DNA of 63,894 nucleotides, filler included, from Reclinomonas americana ATCC 50394 (Eukaryota): NCBI GenBank assembly GCA_048213135.1. It is 12 parts of 9 records of this genome, joined end to end, with 100 filler letters (N's around TTAATTAATTAA, not from the genome) between each part and the next. Parts side by side here need not be neighbours in the genome. Positions count along the whole stretch, not along the records: positions 62,753 to 63,894 come from PS015904.1; 11 more parts are not named here. One strand, 5' to 3'. Shown piece by piece: positions 62,956 to 63,894 of this stretch (position 1 is its first letter; each line of letters starts with the position of its first letter). The notes under the pieces were generated by a model. It saw only the letters and a program-made list of their open reading frames with translations, ran no database searches and was not told where the DNA came from. The position numbers and the translations under genes were made by a program.

Positions 62956-63894
62956 CCAATGGCAAACGCCGACACCGCCACATATCCGTTGGCTGGCGCC
63001 CATCGCGTGCACAGTTCGTATGTGCCCACAGCTGCACCCGCCGCTCCAATCGTCAGCGTGATGTTGGTCGCACTACCGAATGCGCTGCTAATGGTAGTGC
63101 TGGCCACGGCCGTCGGCGGTGTCGTGGCGCCACAAAGGGGAGCGCCTAGCACATACGCCGACGCATCGGCCGAGTTGTTGACCAGTGCGGTTCCCGTCAA
63201 CGTCACCAGCTGGCCAGCCAGTGCCGATACGAAGGTGGCCGACAGCGATGTCACAGCAGGTGCTGCAGTGAGGCAAAGGCAATCAGCATCATCGCGAAAC
63301 ACAACAGCACAATACAAGAATAGCATGCAACCCGCAATGTTCAGCGTCTGATCAAACGTCATCGCAGGGTTGCCGTTGTCGGTCGTGCGCACAATCACCA
63401 CCAACGAGGCCGTCACACCCGCATTCACAAACTGCAGCTGATTGCCAGATGCAACCGTCACCAATGCACTGCTCGCACCACCCACCACCGTGTACGTGAA
63501 CGATTGCTGTGAGTCCACATCACTCGTGCTCATCGTGCCGATCGCCAGTCCCGCCGTGCTCGGCGGAGTGTACGAACTTGCACTCAATATCACCGCCGTC
63601 GGTGCATTGTTCACTGCGGGAAGACAAGATCAGCTTCCACACCAAAATAAACGACACTCCCGATCAATCGTCCACTCACCCGACGTCACACTGAATGACT
63701 TGTCGAAGAACATCGGAGGTGTGCCATTATCAAACGACCGGACTGTGACGACCAGTGGACTGGCCGACTGTCCCGCCGTGGTGATCTGCAGCTGTGCGCC
63801 AGCGCTCACCGAAAACGCACTGCCGTTCGCTCCTCCACTGACCGCGTAGGTAAACGACTGTCCCACGTTATCGTCGTTGGTGCTCATCGTACAC
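62956..63894 (-). CDS. Cell-surface protein with cadherin-like repeats followed by an IPT/TIG-like domain (partial)
   Basis: Two repeats TMSTxDxx..QSFTYxVxGG...LQ...LVVxVRxxDNGxPxMxFD with an NNAPTAVILS linker, then APAVTSLSATFVSALAGQLVTLTG. Confidence 0.7.

Overview
GC-rich, compact, intron-dense eukaryotic (protist-like) nuclear DNA. It is assembled from contigs joined by 100-nt N linkers carrying an artificial TTAATTAATTAA. The six-frame ORF track is mostly uninformative because genes are split into many short exons, so all gene models here were spliced by eye and all family calls rest on recalled motifs, not searches. About 25 genes are recognisable: a SYCP2/Red1-like meiotic axis protein, MORN, ICME-like esterase, nocturnin-like EEP, Kelch, a secreted acidic/Lys-rich protein, carotenoid cleavage dioxygenase, multi-EF-hand, WD40, twin-CX9C, two Atg22-like MFS paralogs, a triple-domain purine nucleoside phosphorylase, FCP1-like phosphatase, EFG1, PRO2/ProA, a GAR coiled-coil protein, a TPR-kinase-RING protein, COX10, F-box/LRR and a cadherin-like protein. 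The most striking signal is a tandem array of four micro-exon genes (29.1-32.5 kb, minus strand). Each is built from six coding exons, four of them 5-14 nt, and encodes a 54-56 aa peptide with an N-terminal oligo-Gly and a conserved C-terminal Gly-Arg. The window also shows single-codon (3-nt) micro-exons in three other genes and an unusual GTTGCGT class of 5' splice site.
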